Assembly (NCBI RefSeq): GCF_006345805.1
Contig: NC_042999.1
Span: 64,914,001 to 64,978,000 of the forward strand
Direction: 5' to 3'
DNA length: 64,000 nt
From: Octopus sinensis
Taxonomy: Eukaryota
The notes under the pieces are model-generated. The model did not search any database, was not told the DNA's origin, and saw nothing but the letters and a program-made list of their open reading frames with translations. The translations under genes and the position numbers were made by a program. Below are positions 39,346 to 52,429 of this stretch, piece by piece (position 1 is the stretch's first letter; every line of letters starts with the position of its first letter).

Positions 39346-40144
39346 ACACACCCACACACACATATACACACACACACATATATGTACACTCACATGTGAG
39401 AGATCATGAAAGGTCTTGATTGTCTGTGAATTTATGATATAAAATACTGCCATCACATTCCTGATATGTGTTGCTTCAATGTGATATGTGTTACTATCAG
39501 AGAATCTATAGAAATGCATTAGTATATTATGATTCATATATTTGTTATAGATGCATCATTACAATATGTTATTATCAGACAGTTTGGATATTTCCAGTCG
39601 CTTCAATTTGCAAACAGACACGGTGTAATAGGTTTACGTCAATGAGAAACTTGTGGAAACCACATGTTTGGCTTCTACTAATGTAGTGTTAACAAAGCAG
39701 CGTTAACAAGCCTTTAGAAAAAGGCAAGGTACGATATTGAAAACTATAATGACACGAGTGTTGTCATTACTTCATTGTTAACAGAATTTGCCGACAAGCT
39801 ATTAAGGTTTTGTAGATATGTAGAAGCGTAAATAGTTTGTTTGCTGTGGTTATTTTTAACCCTAGGCATAATGATTAACGTCTTCATAATTTTGGCATCG
39901 CGTCCACGTTGTTCCTTTTATAATACTGCATTGTGAAATATTTATTTTATTTTATTTTATCTAGTTTCAGCTCACGAGCTGTGGCCATGCTGGGGCACCG
40001 CGATTCAAACTCAAAGACATGCGAAATAACGTTAAGCATTTCGCCCGGTGCGCTAACGTTTCTGCCCACTTCTTTTCTACAAAATGGTATGGAGCAACAT
40101 AAGAAAATAATTGATGTTACTGTCGTTGTTGCTGTTGCTGTTGA

Positions 40145-40509
40145 GCGAACCGTCTTCGTCCCAGACCTCGCAAGATGGGAGAAGTCCGAAACGTGGTCCT
40201 TTGCTATTCGTAAGACCCGCAGAAGAGAAAGCAAGTCGACTCCCGAAACCGAGAGCATCGACGGATGGATGAATGCGCATCCAGGCTCTGCGGTTGCGTA
40301 GGAAGTCGGGGACAAGAAACAGGAAGAAAGAGTGAGAGAAAGCTGGAGCGAAAGAGTACAACAGGGGTCGCCACCACCCCCTGCCGGAGCCTTGTGGAGC
40401 TTTAGGTGTTTTCGCTCAATAAACACACACAACGCCTGGTCTGGGAATCGAAACTGCGATCCTCCGACCGCGAGTCCGCTGCCCTAACCGTTGGGCCATT
40501 GCGCCTCCA
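40145..40509 (-). mobile_element. tRNA-derived SINE, family B head with tail 3
   Basis: Family B head and body up to CTTTCTCTCACTCTTTCTTCCTG, then a tail unlike tails 1 and 2. Confidence 0.8.
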
Positions 40510-41386
40510 CTGTTGTTGTTGCTGCTACGGCTGATTCCTCTCTTTCTACTGATTTTTTGTTGACGTTTAGTCACAAGGGAAGCGTAATACAGCAAAGATA
40601 CAAAAGAAAATCTGTCCGGAGATGAATTTCTCGTAAATTTAAGTTCGTTGAAAACTACAGTATTCAGAGTGCAATGCAGTTATTTTGGGTACGAATTCCC
40701 CTATACTTCTTGTTTTACTTCTTGAGTGTGGAGAGACGATTTGTTCCCATGGCGTTTGCAGGCTTCCTGGTATCAGTGCTTTTCGTGCCGTTAAATTTCC
40801 GTTTAAGATGTTGCAAATCAATATTTATAGAAAAGACATGACCCGTAAAAAAGTTGATGAAGGCCGATGTCCTATGGAGAAAAGCTGCACAAAATGAGTA
40901 ATGAGCCGAGGGATATGGTGGATGCAACAGAAGTGACTATTAGTAAAGACGGGAGTGCGGCAGAGAGGTCTGAATAGTGGAGGGACGAAACCAGCCAGCT
41001 ACGAAGAAGAGAGGCTCTTATGGTTGTGAACATGTCGAGAAAGGTTTGTCTCAGAAATGCAAATAGTTCGTTAAAAGTAGATGCTAATCCAATAGATTTT
41101 GAGAAAAGAACAGTCAATAGTATCGACCTCAGTAGTTGAGATATAGTTATTTCATTGAGCCTGCAAATAGATGAATGAAAAAACTGGCATCGGCGGATTT
41201 CGAATATTGATTCGCTGGCTAGCTCTTGAGATACTTCAGTGGAATCCACTTTATTCCAATTATTCGGGTCAGAATGCCAGTCTGAAGATAATATTATTCG
41301 TCTGATAACCTACTTTCTTATGATTAAGTCGCATAAGAGGAAACAAGATTGTATACATTTGGAAAAAAGCTTTATGCATATCTTCT

Positions 41387-41901
41387 TTGCATGTTGTCTC
41401 CTACAGTCTTTTTGCGCCTACAGAGTATCTCAAGAGGCATGATAAAGCAGCACACTATATTCACTGGGTAATTTGCCCCATGATAAAAACTGGTGGGAAC
41501 AAAAACCACCAGCAGTGCTTGAAATTGTTCACAGCTCATTCCTTTGGAATTTCACCGTGCAAACTGACAGAAAGGTAAATGCAAATAAGCCAGACATTGT
41601 ATGAAAAGATTTTAGATAAAATTCATACGTCCTCACCGATATGATTGACTCAACCGACATAAATATATCTGTCAAGACCTGCCAAAAAACTGAGCAAGTA
41701 TAAAGTTCTTGAAACAGAAATTGACAAAATGTGGAACCTCAAGACTAAAGCAATACCTGTTGTCATAGATACCTTAAGAACGATAGGAAAAGGGGCTGAT
41801 TGCTATATAGCTCAGAAACCAGGAAATACAAAAAGAAAGAAATTCAAAAATTAGTGCTCATGGGAACTGCCCATATTATACGTAAAATATTGTCTATGTA
41901 A
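41387..41901 (+). pseudogene. Decayed C-terminal zinc-knuckle/RLE region of an R4/Dong-like non-LTR element
   Basis: HVVS..LFAPTEYLKRHDKAAHYIHW...WNFTVQTDRKVNANKPDIV...KLSKYKVLETEIDKMWNLKTKAIPVVI...MGTAHIIRKILSM*; same family as 1-498. Confidence 0.85.
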
Positions 41902-41992
41902 TCCATAAAATATTTAAGTCCGTAAACAGTGTCAAAATACTTTTAAATGTATATAACAGCAAACATCGTAACATCAGACTATCATCTTATAA

Positions 41993-43917
41993 CACTGGTC
42001 AACAAGTATGTTTCATCAAGCATCGAGGTGTACTTACTGTAGTTTATATTTCTAATCTCAAATAAGCAATTAGTTTTTCGACATCACGTACAGTTTTCAA
42101 GATGAGAAAGTTTTTTTGGTCATAATTGGTCTGATGAAATATTTCATCGTCTCAAATTCAATATAAGTATAATCGTTTGTATCTATTTACTTATTTTCCA
42201 GTGTTAACAATGTCAAGACAGTGTAGAAATCGTCCTGATGTGTTTTGTTACGTCTGATGACAATTTATTGTGAAAGCTCAAAAACGTACAATAACCCCAG
42301 AGATCAAGAAAATCTATAAGCTATACTGTCCTCTTGGAGATCGGAACAAGCTATGGATGCCACATTTTAACTGCTCAGCTTGCTCAAATAGCTTACGCGA
42401 CTCACATTGGAAGTCTGCTAATTCCAGTTCCACCGGATGATGGTGTTGAAACATCAGCTGATGGTGCTGACTGTCGTGATAGTGCTGCTGAGGAAGATTA
42501 CGTGGCTGATGGCGATAGCTTTGAACTTCAGAAATTTTCCCAAGCTGAACTGAATGACCTTGTCAGGAGCCTATCTCTCTCAGAAAATAAAGCAGAACTG
42601 TTGGGATCAAGGCTGAAGGAGAAGTATATGCTAGAGAAAGTATATGTTTGTATAACTTATTTTTGGCAATGAAATGTGGTTCTACAAACGTGTTTTTCTG
42701 TTGAAGTCCCGCTTTGCTTTTGCTGTAACATCGTTGGACTTTTCGAATGTTTATCACAGAAGCATGATCCCGAAGAGTGGCGTTTGTTTATTGAGTCTTC
42801 AAAACGAAGTTCAAAAGCTGTACTTCTCCATAATGGTAATTTGAAGCCCTCCATTCCGTTCCTCTTCAGGAATCATATGAGAATATGGAGCTTTTATTTC
42901 ACGACATTGCCTATGAAAGATACTTATGGAAAATATGTGGAGATTTAAAAGTCATTGGAATGTTAATGGGAATGCAGCCAAGTTTCACAAAATACATATG
43001 TTTCTTGTGTCTATGGGATAGTCGAGCAACTGACAGACATTATTCGAAATCAAGCCAGCCAGGACTTTCTCGTGTCAAGATTACACCTCTTGTAGATCCA
43101 TGTAATGTCCTATTGCTTCCTTTGCACTTAAAGCTTGGACTGAAGAAACAGTTTGCAAAGACACTGGGGAAGAGAAATGCCAGAGGGTTTGAGTTATATT
43201 GTAGAAACGTTTCTCCAAATCACATAGGCGAAGTTGAAAGAGAGTATCTTTGTTAAACCCCAAAGTCAACTTCAAGACAACACTGGATGAACTGGAACTG
43301 CCTGCCTGGAAAGCTTTCAATTGAATCTGTGAGAATTTCTTGGGCAACAAGAAGGCAATAGACTACAAGGATGGCATCAAGCATCTTCTGAAGTGTTACT
43401 CAGCAATGGGTTCACTTCTTGGACTCCTATCTAAATTTCTTCGCAGAAAAGCAGTGTCTGCTGAACATAGTGAAAGATTTCACCAGGATATTAGTTCTAT
43501 GGAGAAACGGTACCAAAGCTTCTGGAATGACAGTATGCTTGCTGACTACTACTGGAAATTTTACTGTGATCAACCAGATCGGGATCACCGCAGGAAATCC
43601 AACTCTCAACGTTTCTAATTCTGCTGTTCTATCTTTCGCTGTTTTGTCTGACCTATTTTTGTGTATTTACTCTTTGTAGAATGATAGTGATGATTTTCAA
43701 CTGAATAAACTCAATTACTTTCTAAAGATAATATGCCCTAATTTATAACATTAATGATTTGATATATACAAATATGTAAATATTTGCATGTGTCTACTGA
43801 AAAACATACATGCAACATACAAATGGAGTGACATTTTGAAATCAGCATGAAAAATTAGTCTAAAAATTAGGTATACATTCATAATGAGTATAATACATTT
43901 GATTTTGTTTACCAGAG
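41993..43917 (+). mobile_element. Chapaev3-like (CMC superfamily) DNA transposon, complete but decayed
   Basis: TAA on both flanks (41990-41992 and 43918-43920); termini CACTGGTCAACAA and TTGTTTACCAGAG. Broken transposase from the ATG at 42210: MSRQCRNRPDVFCYV, FSQAELNDLVRSLSLS, WRLFIESSKRS.KAVLLHNGN, GDLKVIGMLMGMQ...CFLCLWDSRA, LHLKLGL.KQF, ERFHQDI..MEKRYQ. Family name assigned from remembered Chapaev3 features (CAC termini, TWA target duplication). Confidence 0.8.
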
Positions 43918-43959
43918 TAAACTAACTACAATTAAAATAAACTTCTAATTTATTTATTT

Positions 43960-44113
43960 ATTTGAGAGACATTCCCTAGAACAATACTCCGTGCAAAACC
44001 AAATATATGTCCTCCTAGTCATAACACCAACTTGAACTTCTAACTTATTGCCTCTTGAGGTCTCTGGGTGAGAGCTGGAGTCAGCTTGTACAAATACAAT
44101 GAAAAAGCCAAAC

Positions 44114-44116
<3 letters not shown>
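43960..44116 (+). mobile_element. 3' UTR end of the R4/Dong-like element, followed by (TAA)n
   Basis: CTAGAACAATAC...CTTGAGGTCTCTGGGTGAGA...CTTGTACA is homologous to the reverse complement of 1-130. Confidence 0.8.
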
Positions 44117-44212
<96 letters not shown>

Positions 44213-44487
44213 CTATTAATAATATTTTCAATATATTTTATTTTAAAATTATCAGGTTTCAAGTTCTCTCTTAGCCAAATTGATTGAGTTACAAGTGAAT
44301 ATTTCCATTGTTAAAATACCATCTGTCTGCCTGTCTGTCTGTCTCTCTCTATCTATCTGTCTCTCACATACCCACAAACTCTCTCCCTCTTTCGCACACA
44401 CACATACACACGTTTTCTCTCATACACCCCACTTATATATTTAGATGTACACATTGGTCAAAGATATATATACTCTTTTACTATTTA

Positions 44488-44890
44488 CTCTTTTAATTGC
44501 TTCAGTCATTTGATTGCTACCATGCTGGGGCACCACCTTTAGTCAAGCAAATCGACCCCAGGACTTATTTTTTGTAAGCGTAGTACTTATTCTATCGGTC
44601 TCTTTTGCCGAACCGCTAATTTATGGGGATGTAAGCACACCAGCATCGGTTGTCAAGCGAAGCTGGGGGGGACAAACAAAGGCGCAAACATATACACACA
44701 CATGCATATACATATATATATATATATACGACGGGCTTCTTTCAGTTTCCGTCTACCAAATCCACTCGCAAGGCTTTGGTCGGCCCGAGGCTAGTGCAGA
44801 AGACGCTTGTTCAAGGAGTCACGCAGTGGGACTGAACCAGGAACCATGTGGTTGGTAAGCAAGCTACTTACCACACAGCCACACCTACGC
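44488..44890 (-). mobile_element. tRNA-derived SINE, family A
   Basis: Full-length match. Confidence 0.9.
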
Positions 44891-44914
44891 AAAAAAGAGA
44901 GAAAAAATTATCTG

Positions 44915-45090
44915 CACAAGTTCGTGAGTTCGATTCCTGACGGCGTGTTTTGTTTTTGCGCAAGAAACCTCATTGCACGTTGCTCCAGTATGGCTAATTA
45001 GCAAAAATGAGTTGTACGTGTAATTCAAAGCGACAGCTTTCATATTAACACTCTGTGTCCACTGACCGTCGTAGCAACCGACGGAATGCC
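44915..45090 (+). mobile_element. Family C SINE, deleted, with a tail 2 remnant
   Basis: GTGAGTTCGATTCCTG B box, CACGTTGCTCCAG and CGTCGTAGCAACCGACGGA. Confidence 0.65.
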
Positions 45091-45451
45091 AGTTAGTTAT
45101 AAGAAGCGAAGCCGAGAATAACAAGCTACGAACTTCTATGTATTCGCATCTTTGGTGTATGGTATGAACGTGTGTGTTTGTATGTTTCTGTGTATTTATG
45201 CGAGTGGTATATGCATGGCCTCCTCTATGTGTATATGTACACAATATTCATGTTTATCAATAAGTACGCACCTGCGCTCACACACACACGCAGAGAAACA
45301 CACACATTGTATAAATAAAGTATGTATGTATACATATAAACAGGAACATGCACATGGAGACATATATGTATTTATAAATACATGAATATATATATATGTA
45401 TATATATATATGTATATATATATATGTATATATAAATGTATATATATATAC

Positions 45452-45489
<38 letters not shown>

Positions 45490-45621
45490 TTGTGTATACA
45501 TACACACACATACATACATACACATATACACACAAAGACCTGTGTACTTTCCTTTGTGTGTTTCTGCTATTGCTTGCATATTCTAATCTTTTATTATTAC
45601 TTTCTTATTTATATATTTGCG

Positions 45622-45682
<61 letters not shown>

Positions 45683-45686
45683 CACT

Positions 45687-45729
<43 letters not shown>

Positions 45730-46339
45730 CACACTAGCATACAGGGACACAGAATCATATACACGGATATAGTCAGGTACTCACAATTAGATAATAGCTT
45801 TGAATATAATATGTGAAGGAAGGATACAAGAAATTTATATGAACGTATATGTATTTCATGAGGAGAAAGACGAACATAAAACATTAAAAAATATTAGATA
45901 GGAAACGGGTTAACAACACTACAATAACAGCGACTAAGATATTGATACAGAACAAATGACGAAGATTATGACAAAATATCCTGTAGAAAGTTTGTTTGTA
46001 GATATAAAACTGTAATCCCGTTGCATACTATCAAATATATATTTTCGGTGTTTGGTTTCAAATCTGCATAAATGATTGATCTGTTTTCATGACACTTGTA
46101 CATCAGTTACAAAGGTCTGTTTTCTTGTTGACAAATGGATAGAAATGTTGTAAACGTTACGTGAAATATCTATATGAGAATATAACTACACCAAGCATGT
46201 TTGCGACTTGCTCTAAGATAGAGAAATCGATCATGAAACTTTGTTTATGATCATGCGATGTTTATACATACAAACATACATATTAACATCACTATAGATA
46301 TTTAGATATAAGTATATATAATATATACAGATAAGGAAA

Positions 46340-46917
46340 TAATTTTATTTTCAAAGACAGGATAATACTAATAATGTAGCATGAACAGGATAAATTATCC
46401 ATATTTTGCAGGAAACTATGTCGGCGGTCAGCCATGAGACTCGAACTCACATCCCTGAGGTTACGCGTCAGGTGCTTTACCATTAAGCTAAATTGAAATT
46501 TCAGGATATATAAATCTAGCGTTTATAAATGACGCTATCGTCCGTTAAATTTAACTTACGTTGAAAGTCTGCTAACAAAGTTTGCTTTAGAAGCTTTGAG
46601 AAGTATTGAACGATACAGATAAGGAAATAATTTTATTCTCAATCTCTCCTAAAGCAAACCTTGTTTGTTGACTTTCAATGTAAGTTGAATTTAATGTAGG
46701 ATTGCGTCATATAGATCTAGATTTATATATCCTAAAATTGCAAAAGAATTTGTCGCTGGATAGTTTAGCTTAATGGTAAAGCTCTTGAAGCCTAATCACA
46801 GGAACGTGTGTTCGAATCTCATGCCTCGCCGCCGACAACATTTTCGGCAAAATATGGATAGTTTATCCTGTTCATGCTATATTATTAGCATTATCCTGCG
46901 TTTGATAATAAAATTAT
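46340..46917. mobile_element. Inverted pair of a diverged repeat carrying an internal tRNA-like segment
   Basis: 46340-46590 (-) and 46649-46917 (+) are homologous; each has TAGCTTAATGGTAAAGC and GTTCGA(G/A)TCTCAT; acceptor stems do not pair. Confidence 0.75.
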
Positions 46918-47085
46918 GGCTTAGTATTTAGCGTATTCAACTCACGATCGTAAGGTCGTGTGTTCGATCCAGGGCGGTGCGTTGTGTCATTGAGCAAAAG
47001 ACTCTATTTCACGTTGCTCCAGTTATACCTGTATTTCAAAGGGCTATCGCTCTGGGAACTACGTTAAGAGTATCCGTGTCTGTGG
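46915..47085 (+). mobile_element. Family C SINE, deleted, with a tail 2 remnant
   Basis: GGCTTAGTATTTAGCG...GTTCGATCC, CACGTTGCTCCAG and GAACTACGTTAAG. Confidence 0.7.
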
Positions 47086-47287
47086 AATGTAGTTTTCCCA
47101 CGCTTTTTGGGAGAATACTGTTACATCATCTGATCCTGTAATTCGATGGAGATGTTGGGGTGACTGGCACTATGCAGTGGCACTCCATTCTGATGTTCGT
47201 GTAATTTCCAGAATTTCCCAATGTGTATCTTTGCGTATATTATTATTATTATTATTATCATTAGCTACATTTACTTAATATATACCC

Positions 47288-47740
47288 TATGCTTCGTGTA
47301 TTTTCCGGTGGGTGCAATAGCATGGTGGAGTATATACACTCTCAAAGCCACAGGTGTTAAAAAGGCTCAGAGTCATGGACACGGGAGTTAACTCACTTGT
47401 CCTACTTGGGAGTGATGAACGCGGGGTGTTTCGCTATTTTGGGGGCCTATTAACACCACGTACCCGCCAGGTCACTTAGCCATCTCACGACTTACATGAT
47501 CATAGCTTGTAAAACCATGTACTGGCACACCAGGAAATTGCATTCCTAAGAGAAAATTTATACATGGAATAAAGGCGGCTCTAGTAAAACAAATATTATT
47601 AAATGCATACACTTAATACATATGCTTCGTGTATTTTTCGATGGCCGCAGTAGCGAGGTGGGGTTGATATACTCTCGCAGTGCCGGGTGTTAAACCACTT
47701 CGGTCATGGACAGGCGAGGTAACTCACCTTCTATCCCATT
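47288..47740 (+). repeat. Two diverged ~120-bp direct repeats with a 333-bp period
   Basis: TATGCTTCGTGTATTTT...GGTGTTAAA...GTCATGGACA...TAACTCAC at 47288 and 47621. Confidence 0.8.
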
Positions 47741-48705
47741 TGCGTATAGGGGACAGCGTTTTTTTTTTGCCGTATTTGTCGTTTGTCCAGATAATATATA
47801 TAATTCATGGGTTAACTAGATGAGTTGCCTTCATCTCTGGCGGGTATACATGCATACCTACCTATCTACCTACATGCATACACGCATATATATACACACA
47901 CATATATAAACAGTCACACACACAAATGTATATGCGTATATATAAATACAAACACAAACACACACACATATATATATGTATATATATATATATGCATAAA
48001 TCTGTTTTATTTTACTTGAAGCGTGTAATATGAGAAAATATATCTGTATGTATACACACGCACACACTCTCACACACACGCATACATACATAAACACGCG
48101 CACACACACACATACACATATATGTTCATTTATGTTCTTCTATATATCACTTCTGGATGAATTATTTTCTGAGAATTTGAAGTATTTTAGTTAGAGTTAC
48201 GAAAAGAAATTCGAGAAGGAATAAAACTTGTTTCTTTTCGGTGTTGGTGAGCATCAGAAATTATTTGGAGAAACATGAATCATTACCAGTATGATATTTA
48301 ATTAAAATAAAGTGTTAGCATTTTATCTCCTATGAGATTAATCAGCGTGATATACCAAACAGCTTCAATATCAACGTTCGAATTTATTGAACTTTATGGA
48401 TATCGAAGGAATATATTTAATCAACAAGATTGTCTTCACTTTCACTCGTTGAGCCACTTATGCAAATTGCTTCTGTAACTTACAGAAGTCGTTAATGCAT
48501 TATTAATATAAAATTAAAGAAATTATTTAGTAATTCTATAGCATTTGGTAATTAAACATAATATTGTTCCATAGGGATATTATAGGTACAGATTAAAGCA
48601 AATTATTGGTTATTGTTCAGTCTGTATCAAATATATCGCATCTTAAGCAAGATGGTGTGTCTAATAATGTTTGTGTTAATGTAGTTCCTCCGGCATGTAT
48701 TTTCT

Positions 48706-48736
<31 letters not shown>

Positions 48737-49058
48737 CGTGTACATTAGAACACATTAAGAGGCTTCTAAATAGGAAAGCCTTGTGCTAGAAAGAGCAGTA
48801 GAAAACTCAAACCACTAATGATGGATATATTCTCGAAAGGATTGAAAATGAAAAACGTTTACCATCTAATTTAGTTCCTAGACCATGGTTTCTAACTTAT
48901 TCCAGAATGAGTCTATTGACTATTTTTTTTTGTGCTAGGCCACTGGTAATAATGATTTCTATAATTCTTATTACCCTAATATTATTTATTATATATATGT
49001 ATATATATAGAGATACCTGCATAAATACATAATTACACTGAAACCTGCGCGCGCACAC

Positions 49059-49094
<36 letters not shown>

Positions 49095-49789
49095 TACAAG
49101 CGCTAAGCAGTGGTGTGCATAAATATAAACTTGTTACTAATTCAAATATGCCTCGGAGATATTCGGACCTCCAGAAAAGGCTATTCGCTGAATCATCGTC
49201 AGATGGAAAAGGGAGAGAGGAGAGAAAGAGAGAGAGAGAGAGAGAGAGGAGAAGGAGATGGAGGAGGAAAAAGAAGAAGTAGAAGAAGAAGAAGAAGAAG
49301 AGGATGAAGAGGAATCAACCTCGGTAATTGAGTGGTTCTTTATTTGACGAAATTGAAGTTGACTTGAGCACTATTTGAACACAGAGAGCCACAATTAAAT
49401 CTAACCAACGGTCAAACGACTCGGCTAACCCATTGTACTTCGATTTAGAACAAGTGATATATAACATGCAAAAGTATATTCTATGTTTGCGTATATATAT
49501 ATATATATATATGCGTATCTGTGATGGTGTGCGTACATGTATCAGTCGGGAGACAAAATAATTCGAGCGATAAGCTTTATGAATTTGCCCGTTATTTTCA
49601 TTCCGCTTTTGTTTCTTTTTAGCCTTGGAGTCACCAGTTAATTGATTTTAGGGAAATGCATTCTGTTTATTGTTTACTTATTATACCTTTGTTTATTCTT
49701 CACTAAAATATATTCTCTAGCATGCTAGTAAGAGGAGGATAATATTGATTCGTATTTTATGTTCGGGTCCTTATTTGACTTTAGGAGGC

Positions 49790-50036
49790 ATAAGACCTGG
49801 TTTCCATGACGTGGATGTGACTCAGAATACAGTATTCCATACTGAAAGGAACGCCTGTGTATCACAGGATTTTCTTCCTAGCTATTGCTGGAACTCATTT
49901 ACAGCTGAGTGGACTGTGGCAACGTAAAATGAAATCTTTTGCGCAAGAACCCAACTTACCACTCAGTCCAGAATTCGAAACCAGGACCTGATGAACGTGA
50001 GTGAAACACTCTAACCACTGGGCAATGCACCTTCAC
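49790..50036 (-). mobile_element. Family C-like SINE, degraded
   Basis: Minus strand GAAGGTGCATTGCCCAGTGGTTAGAG...GGTTTCGAATTC and GTTGCCACAGTCCACTCAGCTGTAAATGAG. Confidence 0.6.
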
Positions 50037-50188
50037 CGTATGTTACCTACTTTCTATTTTGTCTTTGTATTCTTTCAGCTTCGTCAAATTTTGATGAGGA
50101 GCAGTGCTTATAAGCTTATGCATGAATCCCAAGGAACGTAAGATGGATGAAACAACTAAAGATTGCACATATATTCATAAAGTGTAAG

Positions 50189-50419
50189 GGCGGCGAGCTG
50201 GCAGAACCGTTAGCACGCCGGGCGAAATGCGTAGCCGTATTTCGTCTGCCGTTACGTTCTGAGTTCAAATTCCGCTGAGGTTGACTTTGCCTTTCATCCT
50301 TTCGGGGTCGATAAATTAAGTACCAGTTACGCACTGGGGTCAATGTAATCGACTTAATCCGTTTGTCTGTCCTTGTTTGTCCCCTCTGTGTTTGGCCCCT
50401 TGTGGGTAGTAAAGAAATA
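50189..50419 (+). mobile_element. Family D SINE monomer
   Basis: Full-length match to 19226-19457. Confidence 0.9.
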
Positions 50420-52429
50420 TATATTTAGAAAGTTTGCAAGATTAAATGCACCGAAGATATTGTTGGTGTAGTCATTGAACTCCAGGTAAACACTGCTTGA
50501 GAATACATATAATTAAAGGTTTTATGTGAAAGCCATTCCGTACAGTATCTAGAACTGCACTGATTATTCTATGCGTTATATTTGTAGATATTAGGATATG
50601 ATATAAGAAAAAAATTAACTGATGAATGATAGTAGGAAAAACCAGCTGTAATTTCCAGTTAAATAAATGGTCGTATAATTAATTTCCCTTTGGTTCATAA
50701 ATGAACCCCGATAGCAGTGAATGGATCTGTTGTTGGCGAAACACAGAATCAGTGACGCAAGAACAAGTGTAATACTTCTGACAGATTTTTGCACTCGGTT
50801 CTTTCACAAAAGTACCGAATTCCTCACAAAAGGTTTAGATAGAATTGAAGCTGTGGTTGAATGAAATTGTCCAAGCTCTTTACGCAATGAAAATGAAACC
50901 ATAGATACGTGATTGAGAACAGTAACCACTGAATCTCATAAACATTCTTTCACGGTAATTTCAGCGAATCTTCTTTCTTACGTGGAAATTGATTTACAAA
51001 CGCTTCGGAGATTGTAAATTGTAAAAAGATGACTGGCATATCTATTGTTTAATACCTTGCGGTAGATTCGAATGCGAATATGCTAATCACTGTTGTGTTT
51101 TCCTCATAGGAGAACAACTTCTTTTTACCACAAGTATGTGTTTTATGACACTCGATTCATTAGTACAAGGAATTCTGGGACACTAGTATTTCGAGATATT
51201 GTGACTTGATTGTTTGAAATCCCTCCAGATCAATGAATCTACTAAAAATCGATGGTACCGTTTATATGTTCAGCGAAAATACTATTTCCTAATCCGTGCT
51301 GATATCTGCCAACTGACACTAGCTTGTTGAACAGCGAGGTTGTAAACGTTGATTTGAACAAATCGGAAAAACAAAACGAAAGTGTTATAATCCTTGAAAT
51401 GTTGGATCGTTATAACGCCAACTCTGGTATACAGTATACTTAATAAATCCAGTAAAAACACGACAGTCTCTCTTTTCTTTATAAGCCACAAGGGCCCAAA
51501 ATAGAGGGGGACAAACAAGGACAGACAGGACACCACAGATGGGACAATACATAAAACGAATATGAATGAGATGATGATATAACAATGAGGTTATGAATGG
51601 CTGCATGTGCCCCTCATCACATGCATTACCATTAATATTTTTTTTACAGTCCATTTTTATGTATTTACATAACAATTAATTATCGTGTTACATACCATTG
51701 CAAGTATTTGAACCGTTATATACATTATCTACAATTGTTCTATTTTTCAATATTTTTTAAACATAACATAAAACACTTTACTCTTTCCTTTTTTCCTCCT
51801 TTTTATTTTTTTCTTTTCTTTTTTCCTGTCAATTTAACATACTTATTTTCTGTTTAGTAGTACTTCATCAATGGTTCAATTTCTATTAAATCCACTAAAA
51901 GACACGACAGTCTCTGACCGCCTATTGCGTACTTCGGTACTTCACGTATTTCTCTTTACTTATAGAGACCAGGTTATTCCATTCGTCATATGGGAGGGGT
52001 GTACCATTATTACTAATTATTACTAATTCCTACATAATGTACCCCTTTTAAGCTTTTCTTAAGAAGTGTCATTTTATTTAGCAATAATGTATTTCATTCG
52101 TTCCACCTCCCTTTTCATAGTATTTTCTTTCTTCGCCAAAATCTAATATTTTTTGCGCTTGGCATCTATTTTCAGGAACTCTGTACGTTTTCTTTTCCTC
52201 TCACTTGTACGCCTGGGTTAAATCACCTGCAGTGGCATTGGTACCATTTTATCGATTCCTCCACCGTTTTTGGTTCGCTTTCCACGAAACTCCTTTACAC
52301 TTGGTTCCTTTGTCCCTTTTGTATGCCTTTTCTACTTTTTACCCAATACATCATTTTACCTATGCATTTGGTAATTACGTCATCTTATCAACTCTGCCCT
52401 CATATACACCTTCTCACTGACTTTTGAAG

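Noticed and set aside
42252-42285. CTGATGA-CAATTTATTGT-GAAAGCTC hammerhead look-alike
   Set aside because: Stem I cannot form; it lies in Chapaev coding sequence where mutations created TGATGA.
49984-50015. CTGATGAACGTGAGTGAAAC motif
   Set aside because: No stem III or cleavage triplet; it is the antisense of a SINE tRNA head.
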